Positions 18,893-28,049 of a DNA stretch of 43,449 bases are shown one piece after another. Within the stretch, counting starts at the first letter, position 1; each line of letters opens with the position of its first letter. Made by a program: the position numbers and the translations under genes. This DNA comes from a virus. Taxonomy: Duplodnaviria > Caudoviricetes. The notes under the pieces are model-generated. The model made no database searches. It saw only the letters and a list, made by a program, of their open reading frames with translations, and was not told where the DNA came from. Where the stretch lies: positions 1-43,449 of the IMG/VR virus record IMGVR_UViG_3300037714_000077, one strand, 5' to 3'.

Positions 18893-20796
18893 CGCTGATC
18901 CTGCCGCGCACGAATGGCCGCGGTCTCGACATCGAGCGGGACTGGAAGCGCCCTCTGGAGGAAGCGGACGAGTTCAACATCAAGAGCAACCGCGACGGCC
19001 AGATCAACGGCAAGCTGACGGCCGAACTTCTGGACAAGGGCGGCGCGGCCTACAACGCGGCGGTGTTCGATTCCCTGTCCACAGCGATCACGGCTCTGGG
19101 CGCCGATGATGCGGTGCTGATCCTGCCTGCCGGCCTGACCCGCACGCTCACCGCGAACCTGACCATCCCGGCGAACGTGACACTCGATGCACGCATGGGC
19201 ATCATCGAGACGGGCGCGTTCACGCTCACGGTCAACGGCCCGTTCAGCGCCGGCAATTATCAGGTGTTCGACACGTCCGGCGGCGGCGCTGTCGTGTTCG
19301 CTGTAGGCGTCATTGAGAACCACATCAACGCGCGGTGGCTGGGCGCCATTGCCGATGACGCGACCGACAATACCGACGTGTTCGATCAGCTACTGGCAAT
19401 CTCTGCCTCCACCCGTATTCCCGTGCTGGTACCTGCCGGTACCTATCGGCTACGGGGGTTGGACTTCGTCGGGCGCGGTCAGGCGAAGCTCATGGGCGCC
19501 CCGCAACGCGAGTTCGGCCGCACGGAGCTAAAGACGATCGGCTCGGCCAACATCACGGTGGACACCCTGACCGTGTTCGTGCGCGTGAACGATCAGGCCA
19601 GCGGCGGTACCGCTGTACGTGCCGTGAGCCTGTCGAATCTCACGATACTGGAGGACTCCGGCAGTACGCGGGATCGTGGCGTACTCGCGACGAACGTGCC
19701 GCAATTCGAGATGGACAACGTGATGATTCAGGGCTTCGAGCGGTCGCTCCGTGTGGCGTACCTGTGGAACGCGCGAATCGACAACGTGCATCTGTACGAC
19801 TTCCGCACGTCGGGGTTCAGCCTGTCGGAGGGGAACGCCAATTACACGAATGTGAACGGGCTGGAAATCGTCTCCATGCACGTATCGAGCGACGAGACGC
19901 CGGACGTCAATCTCGACCTGCGTGGTGCCAACAGCGTAACGTTCCTGAACCTGACATCCGAGGGCACATGCGTTAGCCACTTCCTCGTCAGTTCGCAGTG
20001 CAGGAGCATCAACATCCACGGGATTCACACCGAGGGCGGCACCAACATCATCGAGGTGGCGGGCGAGGGCTCACCGACTCAGCCGTTCTGTGACTTCTCG
20101 ATCTTCGGCGGCGGGATATTCCTCGGCGCGTCCCTTGGTGCTGCTGCCCGCTTCGTGCTGTACTCGGGCACGGCGTCCAACGTCGGGCTTGCGAGCCTCA
20201 ACATGCACGGGCTCGCGATCCAGAAGTCGGCATCGTTCCCCGTCACGTACCTGTCGCTCGCAAAGGTCGCGAACCTGAACACGACCGCGACCTTCGAGCC
20301 GCACGCCGATGCCGCCGTGGACGTGATGACGTGGCGAGAGGTCGGTGTGTCCATCACGAGGGCATATCCGCGCTCGCAGATCGGGCACACCGGCCTGATT
20401 TCGAGCGGCAGCAAGAACCGCGACGGCTACTACACGGGCGAACTGGGCGCGCGCTGCGTGACTCTGCACAACTCCACCGCTGCGCAGATGAATGCAGGCC
20501 GGGCCATCGCGGTGATTGAGTCGCATATGCTGACCAAGGAGCATCTGCTGGAGGTGGATGTCGAGGCCAAGGTCAACACGGCGGGCCTGACCGATCAAAA
20601 CTTCTTCGCGCGCTGGATCATGCACATATCGTCCGATGGTACGCTGATCGTGCCATCGCCGATCTACACCAACGACCTGTACGCGCTGGACACCACGTTC
20701 GCGTATGCCAGCGGGACCGGAGTACTGACGGCGACGAATACTTCGGGGGTCGGTACGGCATGGACGGTGCGCGTCAGGATTACGCCGTTTGTATGA
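18889..20796 (+). CDS. Tailspike / depolymerase with pectate-lyase-like beta-helix
   Basis: NARWLGAIADDATDNT...VLVPAGTY followed by Asn-rich beta-helix rungs. Confidence 0.8.
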   Translation: MTLILPRTNGRGLDIERDWKRPLEEADEFNIKSNRDGQINGKLTAELLDKGGAAYNAAVFDSLSTAITALGADDAVLILPAGLTRTLTANLTIPANVTLDARMGIIETGAFTLTVNGPFSAGNYQVFDTSGGGAVVFAVGVIENHINARWLGAIADDATDNTDVFDQLLAISASTRIPVLVPAGTYRLRGLDFVGRGQAKLMGAPQREFGRTELKTIGSANITVDTLTVFVRVNDQASGGTAVRAVSLSNLTILEDSGSTRDRGVLATNVPQFEMDNVMIQGFERSLRVAYLWNARIDNVHLYDFRTSGFSLSEGNANYTNVNGLEIVSMHVSSDETPDVNLDLRGANSVTFLNLTSEGTCVSHFLVSSQCRSINIHGIHTEGGTNIIEVAGEGSPTQPFCDFSIFGGGIFLGASLGAAARFVLYSGTASNVGLASLNMHGLAIQKSASFPVTYLSLAKVANLNTTATFEPHADAAVDVMTWREVGVSITRAYPRSQIGHTGLISSGSKNRDGYYTGELGARCVTLHNSTAAQMNAGRAIAVIESHMLTKEHLLEVDVEAKVNTAGLTDQNFFARWIMHISSDGTLIVPSPIYTNDLYALDTTFAYASGTGVLTATNTSGVGTAWTVRVRITPFV

Positions 20797-21143
20797 CATT
20801 CGATGCCGAATGGGAACGCTGCAAGCCATACCTCATTCCGGCATGTGATGATGGCTGGACGATCGAGGACGTGGAGCGGGAGATACGGGCAAGGCGGGCG
20901 ACGTTCTGGCCGCTCGAACACAGTGCAGGGGTCACGCAGGTGCAGACCCGTCCCAGTGGTAGGGTGCTCCTGATCTGGATGGCGGGCGGCAATCTGGATG
21001 AGTTGCTGAAGAACCTGCCGGCGATGGAAAACTTCGCACGCGTGCATGACTGCACGTCGATCGAGGTGAATGGCAGGCCGGGCTGGGAGCGAGTGATGAG
21101 CGGATACCGGAAGCATGCGGTCGTACTGGTGAGGGAGATATGA
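20793..21143 (+). CDS. GNAT-fold-like protein preceding the ejection genes
   Basis: LLIWMAGG, FARVHDCTSIEVNGRPGWERV. Confidence 0.7.
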   Translation: MTFDAEWERCKPYLIPACDDGWTIEDVEREIRARRATFWPLEHSAGVTQVQTRPSGRVLLIWMAGGNLDELLKNLPAMENFARVHDCTSIEVNGRPGWERVMSGYRKHAVVLVREI

Positions 21144-22171
21144 GCAGAGGCAATCAGGTATCGACGACCACGAATGCGGTCGACCCGTGGACACAGGCCC
21201 GCACGCAGCAACTCTGGGAGCAGGGCATGGACGCGAACGTGCCCTACGAAGCCTACCCGGGCGGCTCACGGGTCGCACCGATGCAGCCATTGCAGGAGCA
21301 GGCGCACCAGTTCCTGGCGGGCGCGTTCGGACCGGATGGTACCGGGACCGGCATCGCGCAGGCGCAGCAGGCGGCCGGTGTAGCCGGCCAGATCGCCGGG
21401 GGTGGCCAGACCCCTATGGTGAACCCGCAGCAGGTGCAGGCGGGCAACCTGATGCAGGGGATCGGCATGTATCAGGACCCCTACGAGGATCAGGTCGTGA
21501 ACACGGCATTGTCCGACATCGACCGCTCTCGTCAGATGGCGGTGCAGGGTGTCAACTCCGCATCCACGATGGCGGGTGCGTTCGGGGGCGATCGGTCTGC
21601 ACTCGTGGAGGCGGAGACGAATCGAGCCTATGGCGATCAGGCGGCGCGCACTGCGGCTCAACTGCGCTCGCAGGGGTTCGGACAGGCTGCACAGCTCGCG
21701 CAGTCGGACGCCGCGCGTGCCATGCAGGCGGGCGGAATGAATCAGGCGGCGGGGCTGTCGGCCGATATGGCGAACCAGGGCGCGTACTTCACTGGCAGGA
21801 ACCAGCAGTTGCAGGGCGCCGGTCTCCTGAATCAGTTCGGCGGCGACATCGCCGGCCGAACACTCGGCGCGGGTCAGGTGCTCTCGGGCGTCGGGGCGGA
21901 TCAGCAGGGACAGGCGCAGGCAGAGATGAGCGACGACGTGTCCCGCTGGCTCGAGGAACGCGGCTACAACTGGGAGCAGATCCAGCGCATGCAGGCATTG
22001 CTCGGCGGCATGCCCTACGGTCAGACGCAGACAACGACGCAGCCGGGCGGCAGTCGTGCGGCCGGTGCGCTCGGCGGTGCCGCATCAGGTGCGGGTGCCG
22101 GCTTCATGGTCGGCGGGCCGCTGGGCGCGGGTATCGGCGCGGGCGTCGGTGGACTCATGGGGCTGTTCTAA
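21140..22171 (+). CDS. Internal virion / DNA ejection (pilot) protein
   Basis: Q/G/A-rich, YQDPYEDQVV, AGAFGGDR, C-terminal glycine zipper. Confidence 0.75.
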   Translation: MSRGNQVSTTTNAVDPWTQARTQQLWEQGMDANVPYEAYPGGSRVAPMQPLQEQAHQFLAGAFGPDGTGTGIAQAQQAAGVAGQIAGGGQTPMVNPQQVQAGNLMQGIGMYQDPYEDQVVNTALSDIDRSRQMAVQGVNSASTMAGAFGGDRSALVEAETNRAYGDQAARTAAQLRSQGFGQAAQLAQSDAARAMQAGGMNQAAGLSADMANQGAYFTGRNQQLQGAGLLNQFGGDIAGRTLGAGQVLSGVGADQQGQAQAEMSDDVSRWLEERGYNWEQIQRMQALLGGMPYGQTQTTTQPGGSRAAGALGGAASGAGAGFMVGGPLGAGIGAGVGGLMGLF

Positions 22172-22180
22172 GGAGACATC

Positions 22181-23401
22181 ATGGCATACGGACGACCGGC
22201 ACCCCTGCCGCGGCTCGCACCGATACCCGGGCTCAACACGCAGCCCGTGGGACGCGGTACTGCGGCCATCAACCCGCGGACGCCCATGCAGCCCGCCGCC
22301 CCCGGTGGCATCTCGGGACTGCTGGCAAAGCCGGGCATCACGCAGGCGCTGCTCGCGTTTGGATCCTCCATGCTTGCGGAGTCCGACAGGCCGGGCGGCT
22401 CGCTCGGGGGTGCACTGGGCCGCTCCCTTCCGTCGGGCATGCAGGCATACGGGCAGGGACAGCAGGAAGCGGAGATCGACAAACTGATGGCGAATGCACC
22501 GCCGGAGATGCAGCAGTTGCTCCGCGCATTGCCCGCCCAGCAGCGGGTGCCGGCGCTGATGCAGTTGATGCAGGCACCGACGCCAGTTGCAGTGGGGGCG
22601 AACGAGCGGCTGGTCAATCCGGAGACCGGCGAGGCGGTCGTGGATGTCGTGCCGGAGGTTGTGGACCCGGTCGAAGGCTTCCCGCCGGAGGCGCAGTTGG
22701 TCCTCTGGGGCATGGGGGTCGATCCGGCCGCCGCAACGCCGGAGCAGCGTCAGGCCGCGATGGCGCGGTATGAGGAGATGCAGGCTTCCGGCAGGGGTCC
22801 GCTCGTCAACGTGAATACCGGCGGGCAGGCGAAGCAACTGGACACGTACTATGCGGGCGTCTATGGCAACGTGAACGACGCAGGACGCGCTGCACCCGGC
22901 AAGATCGAAAAGCTCAACCGGCTGGGGGAATTGCTGGACGCGCCGGGTGTCTATCAGGGCACGGCAGGCGCGCAGGTTACGGCGCTCAAACGGTTAGGTG
23001 TGAGCCTCGGCATGGACATCGAGGGTGTTGCGGAAGCGGAGGCCGCGCAGTCCATCGGCCGCGAGATGGCGCTGGAGCTCCGCAACCCTGCCGGCGGCGC
23101 TGGTATGCCGGGCGCGATGTCCGACAAGGATCGCGAGTTCCTTGAGTCTATGGTCCCGAATCTTAGCAAGACGCCGGAAGGCAACCGGATGATCGTCGAG
23201 GCCAGCCGCCGGGTCGCGCAACGGGACATGGAGGTCGCCGAGATCGTGCGCGAGTACGCGGCAACGCACGGCGGTGTGGATGCGGGCGTGGAGGCCGCCA
23301 TCCAGCAGGCGTTCCAGGGCTCGGACATGTTCGCTGATCTCAGGGGCGGTACGTCTGCCGTCTACGAGCGGTACCCGAACATCCGACCCCGGGGGCGGTG
23401 A
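22181..23401 (+). CDS. Internal virion / DNA ejection protein
   Basis: AAGGAG RBS; helical; GAMSDKDREFL..MVP.L..TPEGN motif. Confidence 0.7.
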   Translation: MAYGRPAPLPRLAPIPGLNTQPVGRGTAAINPRTPMQPAAPGGISGLLAKPGITQALLAFGSSMLAESDRPGGSLGGALGRSLPSGMQAYGQGQQEAEIDKLMANAPPEMQQLLRALPAQQRVPALMQLMQAPTPVAVGANERLVNPETGEAVVDVVPEVVDPVEGFPPEAQLVLWGMGVDPAAATPEQRQAAMARYEEMQASGRGPLVNVNTGGQAKQLDTYYAGVYGNVNDAGRAAPGKIEKLNRLGELLDAPGVYQGTAGAQVTALKRLGVSLGMDIEGVAEAEAAQSIGREMALELRNPAGGAGMPGAMSDKDREFLESMVPNLSKTPEGNRMIVEASRRVAQRDMEVAEIVREYAATHGGVDAGVEAAIQQAFQGSDMFADLRGGTSAVYERYPNIRPRGR

Positions 23402-24027
23402 TGGACCCGGAACTGGAGCGGATACTGGCGAACGTGCAGTATATGATCTCCGAGGACGCCCCGGAGTCAGACCTGAAGTCGTACCTCAAGGACGAGGGCT
23501 ACACGCTCGAATCGCTGGACAAGGCTGTCGGCAAGGCGTTGGAGACGGACGCGGCGCTGGAGCGGGTCGGCGCCAGTGGCGGCCCCATTCGCGACTTCCT
23601 GCATCAGGCAGCGGAGGGCGCCACGTTCGGGCAGGCTGACAAGATCGCAGGCGCCGGCGCCGCGGCGGCCAACGCTCTATTCCCTGCTGCATTCCCGGGC
23701 AGCTTCAGTGAATCGCAGCAGAAGTTCCAGCAGCGTACCGACGACCTCCAGACTGTCGCGCCGGGAGCATCGGCGGCGGGCATGGCGGCGGGTGTAGTGG
23801 CCGCGGCGCCGCTCACAGGCCGGCTTGCACGCGCGGGGTTGGGTCCGGCGGTGTCAGCGATCCGCACAGTGGCCGGGCCAGTCGCGGGAGCCGCAGGAGC
23901 CGCGGCCCGGTTCGGTGGGCGAGTGGGGGTCGGACTGTACAACAGCAAGCTTGCCCGGCTCGGCGGAGCGGGGGCCGCGTTGAGGCTGTTGGTGGACGCT
24001 GCACGCGGCGGCGGGTCGGACAAATGA
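23398..24027 (+). CDS. Internal virion protein (short)
   Basis: GATFGQAD motif and Ala/Gly-rich helices typical of the N-terminus of large ejection proteins. Confidence 0.6.
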   Translation: MMDPELERILANVQYMISEDAPESDLKSYLKDEGYTLESLDKAVGKALETDAALERVGASGGPIRDFLHQAAEGATFGQADKIAGAGAAAANALFPAAFPGSFSESQQKFQQRTDDLQTVAPGASAAGMAAGVVAAAPLTGRLARAGLGPAVSAIRTVAGPVAGAAGAAARFGGRVGVGLYNSKLARLGGAGAALRLLVDAARGGGSDK

Positions 24028-24053
24028 GCTACGCACACCGTTAGGAGGCACAC

Positions 24054-24215
24054 ATGGAAGTCATCATCTCGGTCCTGATTGCGTTCCTGATCTTCGCGCT
24101 CGTCTGCTGGATCATCAGCGTGATCCCGCTCCCGGAGTCGCCCTTCCCCATCAAGGTGGTCCTGTACGTTCTGGCCGCGGTCGCGATGATTATCTTCCTG
24201 CTGCGGTTCATCTGA
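24054..24215 (+). CDS. Small two-TM membrane protein (53 aa, not in the ORF track)
   Basis: AGGAGG RBS; MEVIISVLIAFLIFALVCWIISVIPLPESPFPIKVVLYVLAAVAMIIFLLRFI. Confidence 0.75.
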   Translation: MEVIISVLIAFLIFALVCWIISVIPLPESPFPIKVVLYVLAAVAMIIFLLRFI

Positions 24216-24240
24216 AACACCTACCCCACGGAGGCACACC

Positions 24241-24456
24241 ATGCCACGCCCGCACTACTGGTGGAACATCACGGACCTGAAAAGCGCCGGATTCGTCGAC
24301 GCACTGGAAGCGGCCGGCCCCAACGCGACCCTGCGCTTCCATGAGGATACGCAGTTGTTCACGATCAAGGACCCCGATGCGGTCACGACGCAGTCACACG
24401 AGGGCGATGAAGGCTACAACTTCGTTCACCGTTGCCCGCCGGAGCCGTGCCCGTGA
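24241..24456 (+). CDS. Small protein ending NFVHRCPPEPCP (peptide-precursor-like)
   Basis: GGAGG RBS; 71 aa; GTGA overlap with the next gene. Confidence 0.7.
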   Translation: MPRPHYWWNITDLKSAGFVDALEAAGPNATLRFHEDTQLFTIKDPDAVTTQSHEGDEGYNFVHRCPPEPCP

Positions 24457-25028
24457 GCCCTCCGCGCTGGATGATGGAGCCGCTGCACCTGTCGTCACTG
24501 GTGCCCGCCGTGTTCCTGCTGTCGTGGGGACGTGGCGTACCGCGCGCGTGGTGGCTGGTCGGCATCGCGTTCGGCGTGTCGTACGTCGCTGATTCGGTGA
24601 TTGGCGCGACCATCCACTCGTGGAGCGGGGACTACTGGTGGCTACCGATTCAATTCGCGCTCGTGCTCATGGCCGTGAAGCCGGACCTGCTGCTGCTCTG
24701 GGCGCTCATGCTCACAGCGATGGCGTCGTGGCTCATGAGCGCGCCCGGGCCGGACTGGCTGCTGACGCTGGTCGGTAGCCTGCTCGTGCTGTTCTACGCT
24801 CGAGGACGAATTGCGGTGCCGCTCTGGCTCTACTTCGGCGCGGGCAGCATTGCGTATTCGGGCATGCTCGCGACGATGAGCGACGTACTGCCCGCGTGGT
24901 ATCTGTATCAGGGGTGCCGCCTGACTGCATTCGGCGCCTTCGTGTTCATGCTTCACCGTGAGGCCGGTAATGGGCGAGGCAGCGACAGAGATCTTGCCGG
25001 GGCTGCTCGTACTGCTGGCCTTGGGTAA
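24453..25028 (+). CDS. Multi-pass (~6-7 TM) membrane protein
   Basis: Successive hydrophobic segments; LWLYFGAGSIAY. Confidence 0.75.
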   Translation: MSPPRWMMEPLHLSSLVPAVFLLSWGRGVPRAWWLVGIAFGVSYVADSVIGATIHSWSGDYWWLPIQFALVLMAVKPDLLLLWALMLTAMASWLMSAPGPDWLLTLVGSLLVLFYARGRIAVPLWLYFGAGSIAYSGMLATMSDVLPAWYLYQGCRLTAFGAFVFMLHREAGNGRGSDRDLAGAARTAGLG

Positions 25029-25059
25029 AGCTGCGGCTGTAGAGCTGCGGGAGGGCGGC

Positions 25060-25470
25060 ATGGTGCTCGAAATAATCGCCCTCGCCGCCCTCATCGGCAT
25101 ACCGAGCGCGGGCGTCATCTTCTGGCGCGCGGGGCTGAACAAGCTGGACGAGCGGTTCATGGACCGGGAGGCATTCCAGAAGCTGCGGGCGGATGTCGAC
25201 GGAGAGATGGCAGAAGTGCGCGGGCTTGTCCAGACGATGATGGGCAAGTGGGAAACGCTGGACCAGAAGGTGGCGACCCTCATCATCGATGAGCGCCACC
25301 GGGATGCAAAGATGGGGCGCATCGAGGCGCAGTTGACCGCCGTCACGGAGAAGCTGCACAAGCTGGAGCTGGACCAGCGCGACGGCTTCAGCACGCTGAA
25401 GGACTACCTGAACAGCAGTATGAAGCAGCAGTTGGAGGAGATCCGCGACATGGTCGACCGGAAAATCTGA
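25060..25470 (+). CDS. Single-TM coiled-coil protein (lysis-associated)
   Basis: GGGAGG RBS; N-terminal TM followed by heptad coiled coil. Confidence 0.65.
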   Translation: MVLEIIALAALIGIPSAGVIFWRAGLNKLDERFMDREAFQKLRADVDGEMAEVRGLVQTMMGKWETLDQKVATLIIDERHRDAKMGRIEAQLTAVTEKLHKLELDQRDGFSTLKDYLNSSMKQQLEEIRDMVDRKI

Positions 25471-25480
25471 GGAGGCCGAC

Positions 25481-25723
25481 ATGCAGGTACTCGTGAAGGC
25501 GAAATCGTTGTGGTCGAGCAAGACGTTCTGGTTCAACGTCCTGTCCGGCGCATTGGAGGTCGCGCAGATCCTGCTCGATTTCCGCGTCATCGAGGCCGAC
25601 AAGATCCTGATGGGGATGGCAGTCGGCAACGTCATCCTGCGCTACGTCACGAAGCAGCCCGTGACCGTGACGCCCGGCGTGCAGGCGATGGCGGTCGACG
25701 CACCGGAGCCGCGGACGCTATGA
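25481..25723 (+). CDS. Holin
   Basis: KSLWSSKTFWFN, two TMs, NVILRYVTKQPV; overlaps the endolysin start. Confidence 0.75.
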   Translation: MQVLVKAKSLWSSKTFWFNVLSGALEVAQILLDFRVIEADKILMGMAVGNVILRYVTKQPVTVTPGVQAMAVDAPEPRTL

Positions 25724-26256
25724 TTGTCATCGATGCAGGTCATGGAGGCTCTGACCCGGGCGCGTCCGTGGGCAGCGTCGTTGAGAAGCACCTTGCGCTG
25801 ATCTACGCGATGTCGCTCGGCGGTGAGCTCTGCCGGCTGAACGTGCCGGTCATCTACACGCGCACGAGTGACACGTACCCGACGCTGGGCGATCGCACGG
25901 CGCTCGCGAACGAGAAGAACGCCGCCGGCTTCGTGTCGGTCCACTTCAACGCGAGCGCAAATCGGGATGCGGCCGGCATCTGGCTGCTGCATGCGGCCGG
26001 TGCTCCGGGAGGTCAGGGGCTCGCGGAAGCGATACAGAAGAAGCTCGGCGGCAAGGTCTATCCTGACGGCGCCGGCTGGACGAATGGACGAGGGCTCGCG
26101 GTGTTGCGCAGGACGCGCATGCCGGCGGTGCTGCTGGAGTACGGGTTCCTGACGAACGCCATCGACCGGGAGAACGTTCAGAGCGCCGCGTACATGCGAC
26201 TGCTGGTAGCGAAGACCGCCGCGGGGATCGTGGCGTGGATGAAGGCACTCGGATGA
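25720..26256 (+). CDS. Endolysin, N-acetylmuramoyl-L-alanine amidase (Amidase_3)
   Basis: IDAGHGGSDPGA, EK, FVSVHFNA, PAVLLEYGFLTN. Confidence 0.95.
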   Translation: MIVIDAGHGGSDPGASVGSVVEKHLALIYAMSLGGELCRLNVPVIYTRTSDTYPTLGDRTALANEKNAAGFVSVHFNASANRDAAGIWLLHAAGAPGGQGLAEAIQKKLGGKVYPDGAGWTNGRGLAVLRRTRMPAVLLEYGFLTNAIDRENVQSAAYMRLLVAKTAAGIVAWMKALG

Positions 26257-26366
26257 AATACCTGGCGCTCGCCCTCGCACTCATAGCCATTGCGGCGCTG
26301 CAATTCCAACGCGCGCAGGCGTCGGCGCTGCGAGATGTGAGCGAACACGACTGGAGCAGGAACTGA
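26253..26366 (+). CDS. 37-aa secreted or membrane micro-protein (not in the ORF track)
   Basis: MKYLALALALIAIAALQFQRAQASALRDVSEHDWSRN; ATGA and TGATG overlaps fill the gap exactly. Confidence 0.65.
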   Translation: MKYLALALALIAIAALQFQRAQASALRDVSEHDWSRN

Positions 26367-26800
26367 TGGGACGCAAGATCCAACGGGCACGGCTGGCGCA
26401 ACTGGATGCTCTCGGCGAGGAGAAGGTGTTCCGCTGCTACCTCGAGGAAGGCTCCGTTGTCGCCATGTGTGCGGAGCTGTTCGAGCCCACGACGGAAGAT
26501 GCGAAGCGCTGGGGCACCGATGAGCTATACCGCTGGCTCCATGCCGGCGATGGCCGGTGGGAGCGGTGGCAGAAGGTGCGCGAACTGCGGGGCCACATCG
26601 AGGCCGACATGGTACTCGATGAAGCCATGAAGACGACGCCCGCCGATGCAAGTGCCCAGCGCGTGAAGGTGGACGCCCTCAAGTGGCGGGCGGGCGTGCT
26701 GAACCGACAGGACTACGGCCCGCCCTCGCAGACGACGCAGGTCAACGTCGGCGTGCAGGTCGGTATGGCGTGGCTCCAGGCTATGAAGGTGGCAGAGTAG
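26366..26800 (+). CDS. terS: Terminase small subunit (Sf6 gp1-like)
   Basis: HTH-like region (LYRWL), helical hairpin, RVKVDALKWRAGVLNRQDYG, C-terminal beta strand. Confidence 0.75.
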   Translation: MGRKIQRARLAQLDALGEEKVFRCYLEEGSVVAMCAELFEPTTEDAKRWGTDELYRWLHAGDGRWERWQKVRELRGHIEADMVLDEAMKTTPADASAQRVKVDALKWRAGVLNRQDYGPPSQTTQVNVGVQVGMAWLQAMKVAE

Positions 26801-27086
26801 CCCCATGTCTTTCTCGTTCGCGGCAAAGACGGATCTCGTCTAATGCGGTGCGGACAAAGGCGCGGCATAGCCACATGGCGAGCGAGTACGCCACTGCGCC
26901 GATCAGGACGATCTTGAGCACTGGCCACAGCAGGGCCGCCGCAATGAGCGCCCAATCGCCGAGCCGGTCGCCGTAATCCGGCCATGTGAAGGCGTCGGGG
27001 TCTGAACTGGACCAGAGGAACGAGATCAGGATAAGCAGCGCGCCAACGGCGGCGATCCAAATTTCCGGCCTTCTCTGCGTTCGCAT
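26781..27086 (-). CDS. Membrane protein (moron / superinfection-exclusion candidate)
   Basis: AAGGAGGG RBS on the minus strand; 2-3 hydrophobic segments; same strand as the repressor. Confidence 0.65.
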   Translation of the reverse strand: MRTQRRPEIWIAAVGALLILISFLWSSSDPDAFTWPDYGDRLGDWALIAAALLWPVLKIVLIGAVAYSLAMWLCRAFVRTALDEIRLCRERERHGATLPPS

Positions 27087-27209
27087 GGACCCTCCTTCTA
27101 GCCGTTGTCGCTGGGCAGCATTATGATAGCGTACCGCGGTCCCGGCCTGCCCCCGATACCACTGTAGTCCTACCTTTGCATCCCGGCTGGATGCCGGGGG
27201 GAGGCCCGT

Positions 27210-27407
27210 TTGCATCCCGCCACTCGCCGCCTTCAGCGCGGCGTCTACACCGTGCCGTACCTGTCCCGATCGGGACACAAGATCTACGTCGCAATCGACC
27301 ACAGGGGACGTTTCCTGACTCACGCGCTGGTGTTCGACCGCGAGAGCGCCCCGGCGGTGGCGGACATGCTGCGCGGGGTACTCGAAAGGCTTGACCCACC
27401 GGATTAG
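27210..27407 (+). CDS. Hypothetical protein
   Basis: GGGAGG RBS and TTG start; convergent with the repressor. Confidence 0.45.
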   Translation: MHPATRRLQRGVYTVPYLSRSGHKIYVAIDHRGRFLTHALVFDRESAPAVADMLRGVLERLDPPD

Positions 27408-27754
27408 ACGGGCTCGTACCCGCCGGCCGGGGGCGGCTCGTCTCCGCCCTCGACAGCCTTCACCATGTTGACCACGGCATCCCACGCCGCGGCCTTGCGG
27501 GAGAGATCGGCCACGTTCGACGTTTCACGTGCAACGTCGTCCCCTTTCGTGCTTTCCCTCAATTTTCCCACGTACTCAACCAGCCGCTCGTAATTCTCTT
27601 TTGGCGGCTTGCGCGTCGGCACATAACCGGGCCTTAGCCAAGGCTTTAGCGTCTCGGCGTCAATCCTTGATTCGTCTGCTATCGTCGCGTGTGCCTTCCC
27701 TGCGGTGAGACGACGCAGGTCGGTGTACAGAGACGAAAGGTTGGTATCGGTCAC
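27404..27754 (-). CDS. Putative CI-like repressor (XRE-like HTH)
   Basis: HATIADESRIDAETLKPWL...P..ENYERL; divergent from the early operon; lower GC. Confidence 0.6.
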   Translation of the reverse strand: MTDTNLSSLYTDLRRLTAGKAHATIADESRIDAETLKPWLRPGYVPTRKPPKENYERLVEYVGKLRESTKGDDVARETSNVADLSRKAAAWDAVVNMVKAVEGGDEPPPAGGYEPV

Positions 27755-27845
27755 GTGCCTATTGCGTTCTGGGTCACGAAGGGTTATGGTAGGTGACGAA
27801 GGTGATAACATGGCTCTCCGCCTAACATAACCAGAACAGGACAAC
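27755..27845. promoter_or_regulatory. Divergent promoter/operator region (lysis-lysogeny switch)
   Basis: Inverted repeat GGTTATGGTAGG (27782-93) / CCTAACATAACC (27821-32); AGGTGA direct repeats between the arms. Confidence 0.6.
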
Positions 27846-28049
27846 ATGCCTCACGATGCCATTGAGCCGCAAGATGAGCCGCGCACGGCCCAGGTAAATG
27901 TGCGGCTGACCCCTTCCGAGAAGCTGGACGTGCAACTCGTCGCCGCGTTCGATCGCATCCCGGAATCCGAGGTGCTGCGGACGCACACGATCGAGGCCGT
28001 GAAGGACCGGGCGGCGAACATCCGCGCACGTCAGGGAGCAGTCGCGTGA
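27846..28049 (+). CDS. Ribbon-helix-helix DNA-binding protein in the Cro position
   Basis: RTAQVNVRLTPSEK...ESEVLR. Confidence 0.7.
   Translation: MPHDAIEPQDEPRTAQVNVRLTPSEKLDVQLVAAFDRIPESEVLRTHTIEAVKDRAANIRARQGAVA

Noticed and set aside
25060-26366. Canonical Rz/Rz1 spanin pair
   Set aside because: No convincing lipobox-bearing o-spanin ORF seen near the lysis genes
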